DNA of 32,000 nucleotides from an uncultured Opitutales bacterium (GTDB lineage: Bacteria > Verrucomicrobiota > Verrucomicrobiia > Opitutales > Intestinicryptomonadaceae), in the NCBI GenBank assembly GCA_934613415.1, contig CAKTSY010000003.1, positions 30,001 to 62,000 on the forward strand, in the 5' to 3' direction. Shown here one piece after another: positions 1-7,965 of this stretch. How positions within the stretch are numbered: the first letter of the stretch is position 1; every line of letters begins with the position of its first letter. A program made the position numbers and the translations under genes. The notes under the pieces are model-generated. The model saw nothing but the letters and a program-made list of their open reading frames with translations, was not told the origin of the DNA and did no database searches.

Positions 1-1161
1 GACGCAATATCGTTTTTCGACTACTCTACTACGCCGCCAAAGCTTAACATTGTGCGGCGAAACGCGCTCGACAAAAAGGAAATAAATTTGAATTCCGATT
101 CGGTTAAAGACTACAAGGTTTCGCCGCGCAACGATTTGCTTATTTCGGGAGTGGAGATCAAATACGAAAAAACGCAAAGCATTGGCAGCGAAAGCTACAG
201 CACTTTGCAATGCGACAAATACCCGCCAAATTTCGACAGCAGAACGCCAAAGTCGCTTGTTATGACTGTTGAGCTTGACGGCTACAAAGGCATTTTGCAG
301 GAGCACACAATACAAACCGAAGAGATTAAGCCCAACGACACCGATTGGTGGGTATCGAAAATTCCGTCGCTTTCGGAAGCCTACAACCTTAAAATTTTGG
401 AAAGCTCGCGTGATTTTCCAGACTATAAATACGCGCTTACCAAGGGAACAATTCCCGACTGGGCAAATATTGAAAGTAAAGTAGACACAATTTGCGCGTA
501 TGTTTCGTACACGACAACAAGCCATATTTGCGCAAGGCAAAAAATTTCGATAAGGCTTAGGGTTACAAAAACAAAAAGCCGCAAGTTTTCGCGGCTAGCA
601 ACTTCTCGCAGCGACGAACCCGTGCCCGAAGGCTTGGCGCAGTCGCTATATACGGGGCTTGGCACGTTGCAATACGATTCGCAATTTTGCATATACAACG
701 CACAAGCGCACAACTATGCAGGCAAAGCCCTTAATTTAAAAGGGGCAAACCCGCTTTTCGAAAATATGAACAGCGCAATTGTAGAATGCAAGCAAGACCT
801 TTTCGAAAACACACTAACAATAAAGGCAGGCAGCCCCGAGCATCTTTATCCGGCAAAAATAGCGGAACTATTCAGAATAAACAAGGCAAGGAAAACAACG
901 TCTAGTTTTTCCACAAAAACAAAGGCCCAATCGCCGCTTAAGGGGAAAATTTCGCTAAACGCGCAAAGTGTAAAGGAAGTTCCAACGCAAATTAACACTG
1001 TTATGCGCTCTATTACACTTTCGGTAGACGCAACAAAACCCAAAATTGTTTTGGATTCCTCGAACATTCCCGATGGGATAACCCTTGGCGTACAACGGGT
1101 TTTAGTTTGCGAAAACGGCCAGCCTGCCTACGCCTATACAATTTTAAGCAACACCGAATAA
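1..1161 (+). CDS. Hypothetical protein, 5'-truncated by the window edge (at least 386 aa visible); no family recognised
   Basis: Frame 1 is open from nt 1, with no stop before the GTG at 52 that the ORF track uses, so the gene probably starts upstream of the window. Stop TAA at 1159-1161. The visible part has no TM segment. It contains two Lys/Arg/Ser/Thr-rich stretches (RLRVTKTKSRKFSRLATSRS and RINKARKTTSSFSTKTKAQSPLKGK). I cannot assign it to a family by eye. Confidence 0.6.
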   Translation, partial: DAISFFDYSTTPPKLNIVRRNALDKKEINLNSDSVKDYKVSPRNDLLISGVEIKYEKTQSIGSESYSTLQCDKYPPNFDSRTPKSLVMTVELDGYKGILQEHTIQTEEIKPNDTDWWVSKIPSLSEAYNLKILESSRDFPDYKYALTKGTIPDWANIESKVDTICAYVSYTTTSHICARQKISIRLRVTKTKSRKFSRLATSRSDEPVPEGLAQSLYTGLGTLQYDSQFCIYNAQAHNYAGKALNLKGANPLFENMNSAIVECKQDLFENTLTIKAGSPEHLYPAKIAELFRINKARKTTSSFSTKTKAQSPLKGKISLNAQSVKEVPTQINTVMRSITLSVDATKPKIVLDSSNIPDGITLGVQRVLVCENGQPAYAYTILSNTE

Positions 1162-1163
1162 AA

Positions 1164-1808
1164 ATGCCATTTATAGTAACTCACCCATACAACGGCTACC
1201 CTTTTGTTTTAGACCCGTTCGAAAGCGCGCCCTCCGAAACCGTAGGCTTTGCCGAAAGCTCCGACGGCGTTTCGGTTGTAGCCGAAGAGTTTACATTTTC
1301 GCTTGCAAATGCAATGTCGCTTTTTTGGCTTTCGCAAATAAGGTCGGTTAAAGCCGCCATACGCGCAAGTTTTACCTACGACAACAACTCCTCCGACGGC
1401 ATAAACGCAAGTTTTACATGTCCAAACATAAAATTTGCCTCGTCGGAATACAACGTTATACCGCCAGCCGCAAACAGGGTCGCTTTCGACAAGTCTCAAT
1501 ATCTCATACACGCAACGGGCAACAATTTCGATTTTAAAATAAGTATGCCCAAATATGTATCGGCCACTTCGCAAAAATACTTTATGTTCGGGCATGCCGC
1601 AGCAAATAGGAATAACGAAAAATTTTTGCTGCTTATAGGCTACAAGCTAAGCTATGAAAGCTACGAACATATAGAAAGAGACACCATACAAATTTTGGGG
1701 CAAAGCGTGCCCGTTATTCTTATTCACGAAGGCGCAAAAAATATATTCACAAACTTTTCGATGTCGGGCTCGTTTTCCACCGACTTAAACTGCACGCTTA
1801 TTCCGTAA
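1164..1808 (+). CDS. Hypothetical protein (214 aa), no family recognised
   Basis: ATG at 1164 lies 2 nt after the stop of the preceding gene (MPFIVTHPYNGYPF...). The ORF-track start at 1107 would overlap the upstream gene by 55 nt and adds a basic non-native-looking leader. Stop TAA at 1806-1808 is followed by a strong terminator. No signal peptide or TM segment. Confidence 0.55.
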   Translation: MPFIVTHPYNGYPFVLDPFESAPSETVGFAESSDGVSVVAEEFTFSLANAMSLFWLSQIRSVKAAIRASFTYDNNSSDGINASFTCPNIKFASSEYNVIPPAANRVAFDKSQYLIHATGNNFDFKISMPKYVSATSQKYFMFGHAAANRNNEKFLLLIGYKLSYESYEHIERDTIQILGQSVPVILIHEGAKNIFTNFSMSGSFSTDLNCTLIP

Positions 1809-1813
1809 ATAAG

Positions 1814-1844
1814 AAAAATCCCGTTAAAATAAACGGGATTTTTT
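1814..1844. terminator. Bidirectional rho-independent terminator between convergent genes
   Basis: Perfect 12-bp inverted repeat: aaaaatcccgtt (1814-1825), loop aaaata, aacgggattttt (1832-1843). The A-run and T-run give a U-tract on either strand. It sits between the + gene ending at 1808 and the - gene ending at 1861. Confidence 0.85.
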
Positions 1845-1860
1845 ACATATCCTATAAATT

Positions 1861-3312
1861 TTATTTTTCGGTTTCGCTTTCGTTAAAAAAGGTACCCGTG
1901 GCGTGGGCTAACCTTGCAACCGCCAATGCAAGCGAAGCCTTTGCGCTAACGTGCTGCTGGCGCGCCGTAGCCAAATAAGACTGCGCCGAAAGCAAATCTG
2001 TTAGGCTGCTAACGCCGTTTTCGTAGGCGGTTTTAGTTGCGTTATACGACTCTCTGCTTGCGTTTACCGCGGCAGCCGAACTTTCTACCTGTTTTACCGC
2101 GCTTTTGTATGCGTAGTAGTTTTCCCATACCGACGAAATAACTTCGAGCATTTGCGCTTTTAATGTTTGCGCCTGTGCCCTTTCGGCGGCGTATTTGCCG
2201 ACAATTTTATATTGGCGGTTAAAGCCGTCAAAGATATTCCAGCTTAACGCAAAGCCGCCAGCATAGTTATAGTTGGGGGCGTTTGTGTAGGGCGAATCGG
2301 TATAGTCTGTCCATGTGCCCGAACCCACAAAGCTTATCTTGGGCAAATAGTCTAGCTTTTCGGCCTTTGTTTCGGCTTGGGCGGCCCTCAGCGACGCGTA
2401 GGCCGCCAAAATGCTTTCGCGTCTTTTTAGCGACTGCGCCATAAGGCTTTCTACCTGCTCTTTTGCCTGCGGGCTAGACGGAATGTTTACGTTGTCGGAA
2501 ACCCTTAGGTTTTTGGAGATTTCTATACCCAACACTTGGGCTAGCTTTGCTTTGCAGCCTTCTACTTGCGCTATATTTTGCTCTAAAACAAATTGGGCGT
2601 TTTTCGAATTTGCCAAAGCCCTAAGCATATCCTGCTTGGTGCCAACGCCCTCTTTAAACTTTGCACGGGCGGCATCGTAGGCGGTTTTGGCATCGTTTAA
2701 ACTTGCGCGGGCCGCCTTTACCGAGCCCTTTGCGCTATACAACGCAAAATAAGCCTCGTTTACGTTAAGAACTAAATCTTGCACCGACTGGTTGTAGTCG
2801 AAATTTGCCGCTCTTAACGCCTCTTTTGCGGCAAGGCTTGTCGCCTCGCGCTTTCCAAAATCGTATAGCAGCCAGTTAAGCTCTAAAGTTGGGCCATAGC
2901 CTGTCTGCCAATACGAACCTATGGGCGGATACGAGGCCGACGCACTTCTAAGCTTTGCCCTAGAAACGTTTGCGCCTATGTCTACAGTAGGCAAATACGC
3001 CGAATTTGCCTGACCTTTTTGGGCGGCATACTGCTTTGCCCTAAACCAATAAATCCTAGTCGAAGTATTGTTTTCAAGAGCAATGTCTATTAAGTCTGGC
3101 AAATCAAGTTCGGCTTTTTTTGCGCGAGTTTCCTTTGCCTGGTCCAAAATTTTGTCGTCTAAAATTTGGCTTGGCGCAATGTAGTTTTCGGGCAACGCCG
3201 CTTTGGGTGCCTTCCAATATACCGTGGGCGTTTTTGCCGTGTCGCTTTCGTTAGAAGCGCACGCGCACAACAACGCAAGCGGGATAACTGCCAACAAATT
3301 TTCTGCTTTCAT
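1861..3312 (-). CDS. RND efflux system outer-membrane factor (TolC/NodT-like OMF)
   Basis: About 480 aa with the two-repeat alpha-helical/beta-barrel OMF pattern, rich in A/Q/L coiled segments (e.g. LNVNEAYFALYSAKGSVKAARASLNDAKTAYDAARAKFKEGVGT). N-terminal signal peptide with Cys residues (MKAENLLAVIPLALLCACAS). It is the last gene of an adaptor-pump-OMF string. I prefer the ATG at 3312, which is preceded by aaagga and lies 10 nt after the pump stop, over the ORF-track start at 3342. Confidence 0.85.
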   Translation of the reverse strand: MKAENLLAVIPLALLCACASNESDTAKTPTVYWKAPKAALPENYIAPSQILDDKILDQAKETRAKKAELDLPDLIDIALENNTSTRIYWFRAKQYAAQKGQANSAYLPTVDIGANVSRAKLRSASASYPPIGSYWQTGYGPTLELNWLLYDFGKREATSLAAKEALRAANFDYNQSVQDLVLNVNEAYFALYSAKGSVKAARASLNDAKTAYDAARAKFKEGVGTKQDMLRALANSKNAQFVLEQNIAQVEGCKAKLAQVLGIEISKNLRVSDNVNIPSSPQAKEQVESLMAQSLKRRESILAAYASLRAAQAETKAEKLDYLPKISFVGSGTWTDYTDSPYTNAPNYNYAGGFALSWNIFDGFNRQYKIVGKYAAERAQAQTLKAQMLEVISSVWENYYAYKSAVKQVESSAAAVNASRESYNATKTAYENGVSSLTDLLSAQSYLATARQQHVSAKASLALAVARLAHATGTFFNESETEK

Positions 3313-3322
3313 ATAAAATCCT

Positions 3323-6300
3323 TTAAAGCTTGCCCCTTTCAAAGAAGGGAATTTTGTCTAAAACTTTTGTCTGGAATTTGTCCATCCATATGTAAACAAC
3401 GGGGGTTACATACAGCGTTACCAACTGCGAGAACACAAGACCGCCTACAACTACAACGCCAAGCGGAATGCGGCTTTCGGCGTCGGCCTTGCCCCAGCCC
3501 AAAGCAATGGGCAACATACCCATTAAGGCGGCAAAAGTTGTCATCATAATGGGTCTAAACCTGTCCAAACACGCTTGGTGCACGGCCTCGGCGGGGCTTT
3601 TGCCAAGGCGTTCCTGCGCAATTGCAAAGTCTACAACCATAATGCCGTTTTTCTTTACAATACCCATAAGCATAAACAGGCCTATTGCCGAATATATGGA
3701 AATTTCCATACCGCAAGCCCATAGCGAGAACAAGCCACCTACAAGCGCAATAGGCAAAGCTATTAGCACGGTAATCGGGTGCACATAGCTTTCGTACAAA
3801 ATGCCCAAAATTATGTACATAACAAAAACCGCAACAACAATAAGGTACATTAGGCTTGTCATAGTCTCCCTAAACGACACTGCCTCGCCCTGAAAGCCGC
3901 AGGTCATATTTTCGGGAATTACGGTTGGGGCAATTTGGTTTATCCAAGTTTCCACTTCGCTGATTGCAACGCCGTCTTTTAAGTCGAAGTAAATTGTAAC
4001 CGAAGGCATATTGTTTATATGGTTTATGGTTACGGGCTTTAGTTCAACTTTTGTAGTCGAAATGCTCTTAAATGGAATTAGGTTGGGCAATTTGAACGCC
4101 TCGTTTTTGGCGGTATATTCGCCCGAAATTGTGGAGACGGGCACCCCGCCGGTAATTGTAGCGTCGGTGCCGAACATAAGCTGGTCTAGGTTGCTTTCGA
4201 ATGCGCTGTCGGCGTCGTTTGCCTCCATAATAGACCAATATTGTTGGAATGGAGATTTTATAAGGTAGAAGAACGATTTTGAATACGCGCTTCTAAATAC
4301 GTTCGAATACGAATTTACCGTAGCCCCCAGCATCGACAACTTTTCCTTAAACGGCAAAAGCGTAATTTGCGGGCTGTCTAAGTACATATCGCTATTTATG
4401 TTCGAAAAATAGGTTCCGTATTTTGTAGACATAACGCCCATCATCTTGGCGGCAGCCTTGTAAAGTGCTTCCTGGTCCATAGAAGAAATTGCATACGCAT
4501 ATTTACCGTTTTGGCTGGAAACCGCACCCGTTGAAATAGACAGCGTAGGCTGCGGCGAAAACGCCGAAATTACCCCAGGCAAAGAAGAGATGCTGCCGTT
4601 GATTTCGGCTGCAACCTGCGAGATGGGTTTGCGCAGGTGTTTGTCTTCTAAAATAATAAAGCCAAAGCCCATATTTTGGCTGATAAACGACGAAACGCCC
4701 GAAACCATAATGAAGTTTTTAACCGCTTTGTTGCGCTTTAAGATTTCGGAAATTTCGTTTTGAACCAGCCCTATTTCTTTGGGCGAAGTTTTTGTGTTTG
4801 CAATAAACACGCCCTGCATAAAGCCGCTGTCGCCAGTGGGGAACAGTATCATTGGCAGCTTTGACAAGAAATAAAGGCTGCCCCACAAGCAAGCTGCAAT
4901 GCACAATGCCGTGGTTATGTGGCGTTTTAGCCACCAAGACAAGCTTGGCGAATACAACGCCAAAATAAGGTGCTCTAGCCTATACGAAATTCTTTCTACA
5001 AAAGTTTTGTCGGAAAGGTCTTTGCCGTGCTTTTGAAGAATTCTAGAGCACATCATAGGCGTTAAAGTTAAGCTTACAACGCCGCTCATAATGGTTGCGG
5101 TGATAATTGTAACCGAAAATTCCTTAAACACCCTGCCCGTAATGCCGCTCATAAACACAAGGGGAATAAATACCGCGGCAAGCGAAAGTGTCATACTTAA
5201 AATTGTAAACGAAATTTCCGAAGCCGATGCAAATGTTGCCTGCCTTGGGCTTTCGCCAAAGTCTTCCATTCGGCGCACGGTATTTTCCAAAAACACAATT
5301 GCGTCGTCCACCAAAAAGCCTATTGCCATTGTAATGCCCATTAGCGACAAATTGTTTATCGAAAAGCCGAACGCCCACATAAATATGAACGTTAGCACTA
5401 TCGAAAACGGCATTGCCACCGTGGGAATTAGCGTGTCTCTAAACCTGCCCAAAAACAGATATATAACAAAAACAACAAGCAAAAACGCTATAAGCAAAGT
5501 TTCCTCTACGTCTTCGATATTATCTATAATAAGTTTAGAGCCGTCGTAAAAATTGTATAGCTCTATAGAGCTTGGCAGCTCTTTTTTAAGCTGTTTCATC
5601 AACTTTTGAATACCCGCAACCGTGGTTATTGCATTGCCGTCGGAGCGTTTTCTTACGCCCATTGCAACGCTTGCGTATTCAGCCCCGGGGTTAAGCTCTC
5701 TGTTCCAGAACGACAAATTAAGAGTGTTAAACTGTATTTCGTTTACGGCCTTTGCAATTTCCGAAAGGAAAATGGGAGCCCCGTTTTTGTAGCCTACAAC
5801 CAAGTTTTCGTAGTCTTTTGCCGTCGACAACTGTGTGTTTGGGAAAAGCACAAACTGCGAAGACGGCCCGTTTAGATTGCCGACACCCGTCATATTTGTA
5901 GAGCGCGAAAGCACGTTTTGCAAATCGCTTGTGTTGTAGCCTAGGTTTGCAAGCTTGTCTACGTCTACCTCAATTCGCACCGAGCGCGGCGCGCCGTATA
6001 CGTCTACCTTCGAAACGCCTTCAACCATGCTTATGCGCTGCGAAACTTCCGAAAACGCATAGTCGTACAAGTCGCCCGAAGTGTAGTTTTTGCTCATTAC
6101 GGCAATAACGTAAATAGGCTCGTCGTTGGGGTTGTCTTTCGAAAACGATGGCGGCGAAGGTAAGTCGCTTGGCAGGTTACCCATTGCGCGCTGAATTGCA
6201 CTTTGAACGTCGGTAGCCGCCGCATCTATGCTTTTGTTCATAGAAAACTGCAAAACAACCTGCGTTGCGCCAAAGCTGTTGCGACTGGTAACAAGCTCTA

Positions 6301-6550
6301 TGCCCGGAATTTGCATAAACTGCTGTTCCAATGGCGATGCTACGTTTGCGCCCATAATTGTAGGGTCTGCCCCCGGGTACGAAACTGTTACCTGAATTAC
6401 CGGATAGTCTACCCCAGGCAGGTCGTTTACAGGCATATTTTTATAAGTAAATATACCGAAAACCAAAGCCGCCAGCGACAGCAGCACCGTCATTACCGGT
6501 CTGTTTATGAACAAAGACGAAATAGACTGTTTATTATTTTCCTCGGACAT
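3323..6550 (-). CDS. RND family inner-membrane efflux permease (AcrB/MdtB/HAE1-like), 1075 aa
   Basis: Typical RND N-terminus (SISSLFINRPVMTVLLSLAALVFGIFTYKNMPVNDLPGVDYPVIQVTV). Two large periplasmic loops alternate with 12 predicted TM helices. Conserved TM4-type segment (SLMGITMAIGFLVDDAIVFLEN). The length fits the family. Confidence 0.93.
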   Translation of the reverse strand: MSEENNKQSISSLFINRPVMTVLLSLAALVFGIFTYKNMPVNDLPGVDYPVIQVTVSYPGADPTIMGANVASPLEQQFMQIPGIELVTSRNSFGATQVVLQFSMNKSIDAAATDVQSAIQRAMGNLPSDLPSPPSFSKDNPNDEPIYVIAVMSKNYTSGDLYDYAFSEVSQRISMVEGVSKVDVYGAPRSVRIEVDVDKLANLGYNTSDLQNVLSRSTNMTGVGNLNGPSSQFVLFPNTQLSTAKDYENLVVGYKNGAPIFLSEIAKAVNEIQFNTLNLSFWNRELNPGAEYASVAMGVRKRSDGNAITTVAGIQKLMKQLKKELPSSIELYNFYDGSKLIIDNIEDVEETLLIAFLLVVFVIYLFLGRFRDTLIPTVAMPFSIVLTFIFMWAFGFSINNLSLMGITMAIGFLVDDAIVFLENTVRRMEDFGESPRQATFASASEISFTILSMTLSLAAVFIPLVFMSGITGRVFKEFSVTIITATIMSGVVSLTLTPMMCSRILQKHGKDLSDKTFVERISYRLEHLILALYSPSLSWWLKRHITTALCIAACLWGSLYFLSKLPMILFPTGDSGFMQGVFIANTKTSPKEIGLVQNEISEILKRNKAVKNFIMVSGVSSFISQNMGFGFIILEDKHLRKPISQVAAEINGSISSLPGVISAFSPQPTLSISTGAVSSQNGKYAYAISSMDQEALYKAAAKMMGVMSTKYGTYFSNINSDMYLDSPQITLLPFKEKLSMLGATVNSYSNVFRSAYSKSFFYLIKSPFQQYWSIMEANDADSAFESNLDQLMFGTDATITGGVPVSTISGEYTAKNEAFKLPNLIPFKSISTTKVELKPVTINHINNMPSVTIYFDLKDGVAISEVETWINQIAPTVIPENMTCGFQGEAVSFRETMTSLMYLIVVAVFVMYIILGILYESYVHPITVLIALPIALVGGLFSLWACGMEISIYSAIGLFMLMGIVKKNGIMVVDFAIAQERLGKSPAEAVHQACLDRFRPIMMTTFAALMGMLPIALGWGKADAESRIPLGVVVVGGLVFSQLVTLYVTPVVYIWMDKFQTKVLDKIPFFERGKL

Positions 6551-6571
6551 TTTATTTTGCCTAAGTTGTAA

Positions 6572-7858
6572 TTATTTGCCCTGTTTTTGTTGGGCGTTTT
6601 GCGGCTGTTTTGCTTGTTGCGCCTGCTTTGCCGAAGCGATAAATTTTTGAACAACTTCGGCTGTTCCCATAATAAACGCCCCTGCCTGCTGCGGGTTTTC
6701 TATAATTTTGCCGTCGGCACCATAGGGCGCGCCCACCGCATTAGTTCTATAAACCAAAGGCGACATCTGAAGCCTTAAGTTGCTTACCCTAGTTGCTACC
6801 AACTTTGCGTCTTTAAGGCCTTCAACCAGCCAAAGAGTGTTGTTTTCGTAGTGCTGACCCGTTTTTACGGTTGTTTGCTGCATTTTAAACACGCCGTTTT
6901 CAAGCGGGGTTGCAACGTAAACATAAGGCCCCAACGGCCCCGTTTGAACGCAAATTTCGGGAACGAGGGTTGCCCCTTTTATTTTGTTTGTATAAAGCTT
7001 TGCCTTTATGGGCTGGTCGGGCCAAAACAGCAAGTCGTTGTTGTCTAGCTCGCCGCGCAAAACCGCGCTGCCCGTTTCGTATCTAATTTGGTTTAGAACA
7101 ATGCGAACTTGGCACATTCTCTTTTTGTGCTGCATTGTGTCTTCTATATACGAAATTTCGGTTTCAAGTTTGCCACCGTTCTTTGCCATGCTCTGCATAA
7201 TGTCGTTAAGGTCTTGGCTTGGAACGACAAAGTCTACATACATTTTTCTGATATTTTTAACTGTTGTAAGCACGGTTTGGTTTTGCGACACAATGTTGCC
7301 TACGTCTACATTAAAGAAGCCTGCAAAGCCGTCTACGGGCGACTTTATAAAGCACCATTGGTAGTTTAGCTTTGCGTTTTCCAAAGCGGCTTTGGCTGCC
7401 ATAACCTGCGCTTTGTCTACCGCAACTTTTGCTACCAAGCTGTCGAAAGTTTGCTTGTCTACATAGCCGCCTTTTACAAGCTTGGCGTTTCTTTCCATAT
7501 CAAGGGTATCTATTTTAAGCTGCGACTTTGCCTTTTCCAAGTCGGCCTGCGCCGAATCCATTAAAGCCTTGTAGCTACGCGAGTCTATTTCGAAAAGAAC
7601 ATCGCCTTTTTTTACTTCGGCCCCCTGCTTAAAGTTAATTTTCATTACCTGCCCCGTAACTTGGGGAACAATATTTACACTTTCGTACGCACTTGTTGTG
7701 CCCAAAGTCGCAATATATTCGCTAACGTCTTTTACCACCACCTGCGAAAGCTCGGCAGGAGTTGCGGGCACGGGGGCCTTTTGTTCCACCTTTTCGGAGC
7801 ACGCAAGCATAAGCGCGCAAGATGCGGTTAATAGCACAAATGTCTTTATGGTTTTCAT
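6572..7858 (-). CDS. RND efflux periplasmic adaptor (membrane fusion protein, HlyD/AcrA family), probable lipoprotein
   Basis: Signal peptide ending ALMLAC|SEK. Lipoyl/barrel-sandwich motif (VTGQVMKINFKQGAEVKKGDVLFEIDSRSY). Coiled-coil hairpin (ADLEKAKSQLKIDTLDMERNAKL ... AAKAALENAKLNYQW). It sits directly upstream of the RND pump (21-nt gap). Unusual Gln/Lys-rich C-terminal tail (AKQAQQAKQPQNAQQKQGK). Confidence 0.85.
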   Translation of the reverse strand: MKTIKTFVLLTASCALMLACSEKVEQKAPVPATPAELSQVVVKDVSEYIATLGTTSAYESVNIVPQVTGQVMKINFKQGAEVKKGDVLFEIDSRSYKALMDSAQADLEKAKSQLKIDTLDMERNAKLVKGGYVDKQTFDSLVAKVAVDKAQVMAAKAALENAKLNYQWCFIKSPVDGFAGFFNVDVGNIVSQNQTVLTTVKNIRKMYVDFVVPSQDLNDIMQSMAKNGGKLETEISYIEDTMQHKKRMCQVRIVLNQIRYETGSAVLRGELDNNDLLFWPDQPIKAKLYTNKIKGATLVPEICVQTGPLGPYVYVATPLENGVFKMQQTTVKTGQHYENNTLWLVEGLKDAKLVATRVSNLRLQMSPLVYRTNAVGAPYGADGKIIENPQQAGAFIMGTAEVVQKFIASAKQAQQAKQPQNAQQKQGK

Positions 7859-7965
7859 TTTTTAATATGCAATAAATACTTATCGGTAGTCTAAAATTTT
7901 AATATAGAAAGACAAAGCCTCGTTCTTATAAAAACATAAAAACGGGGCGTGTTAAAGTTGGTTAA

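Noticed and set aside
1-1808. The left-edge orphan pair as direct evidence of a prophage or integrative element.
   Set aside because: No integrase, att-like direct repeat, tRNA target or obvious compositional shift is visible in the window. The phage-like impression is not backed by any motif I can name. It is kept as an open question and not annotated as a mobile element.
7859-7965. The 107-bp gap after the 556-aa gene as a terminator or small RNA locus; likewise a tRNA in this or other gaps.
   Set aside because: Only 3-4 bp of self-complementarity is present (aac...gtt), and there are no tRNA-like conserved elements such as a GTTCGAATC-type T-arm. The region is most simply the promoter of the RND operon. 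No gap in the window exceeds 166 bp.
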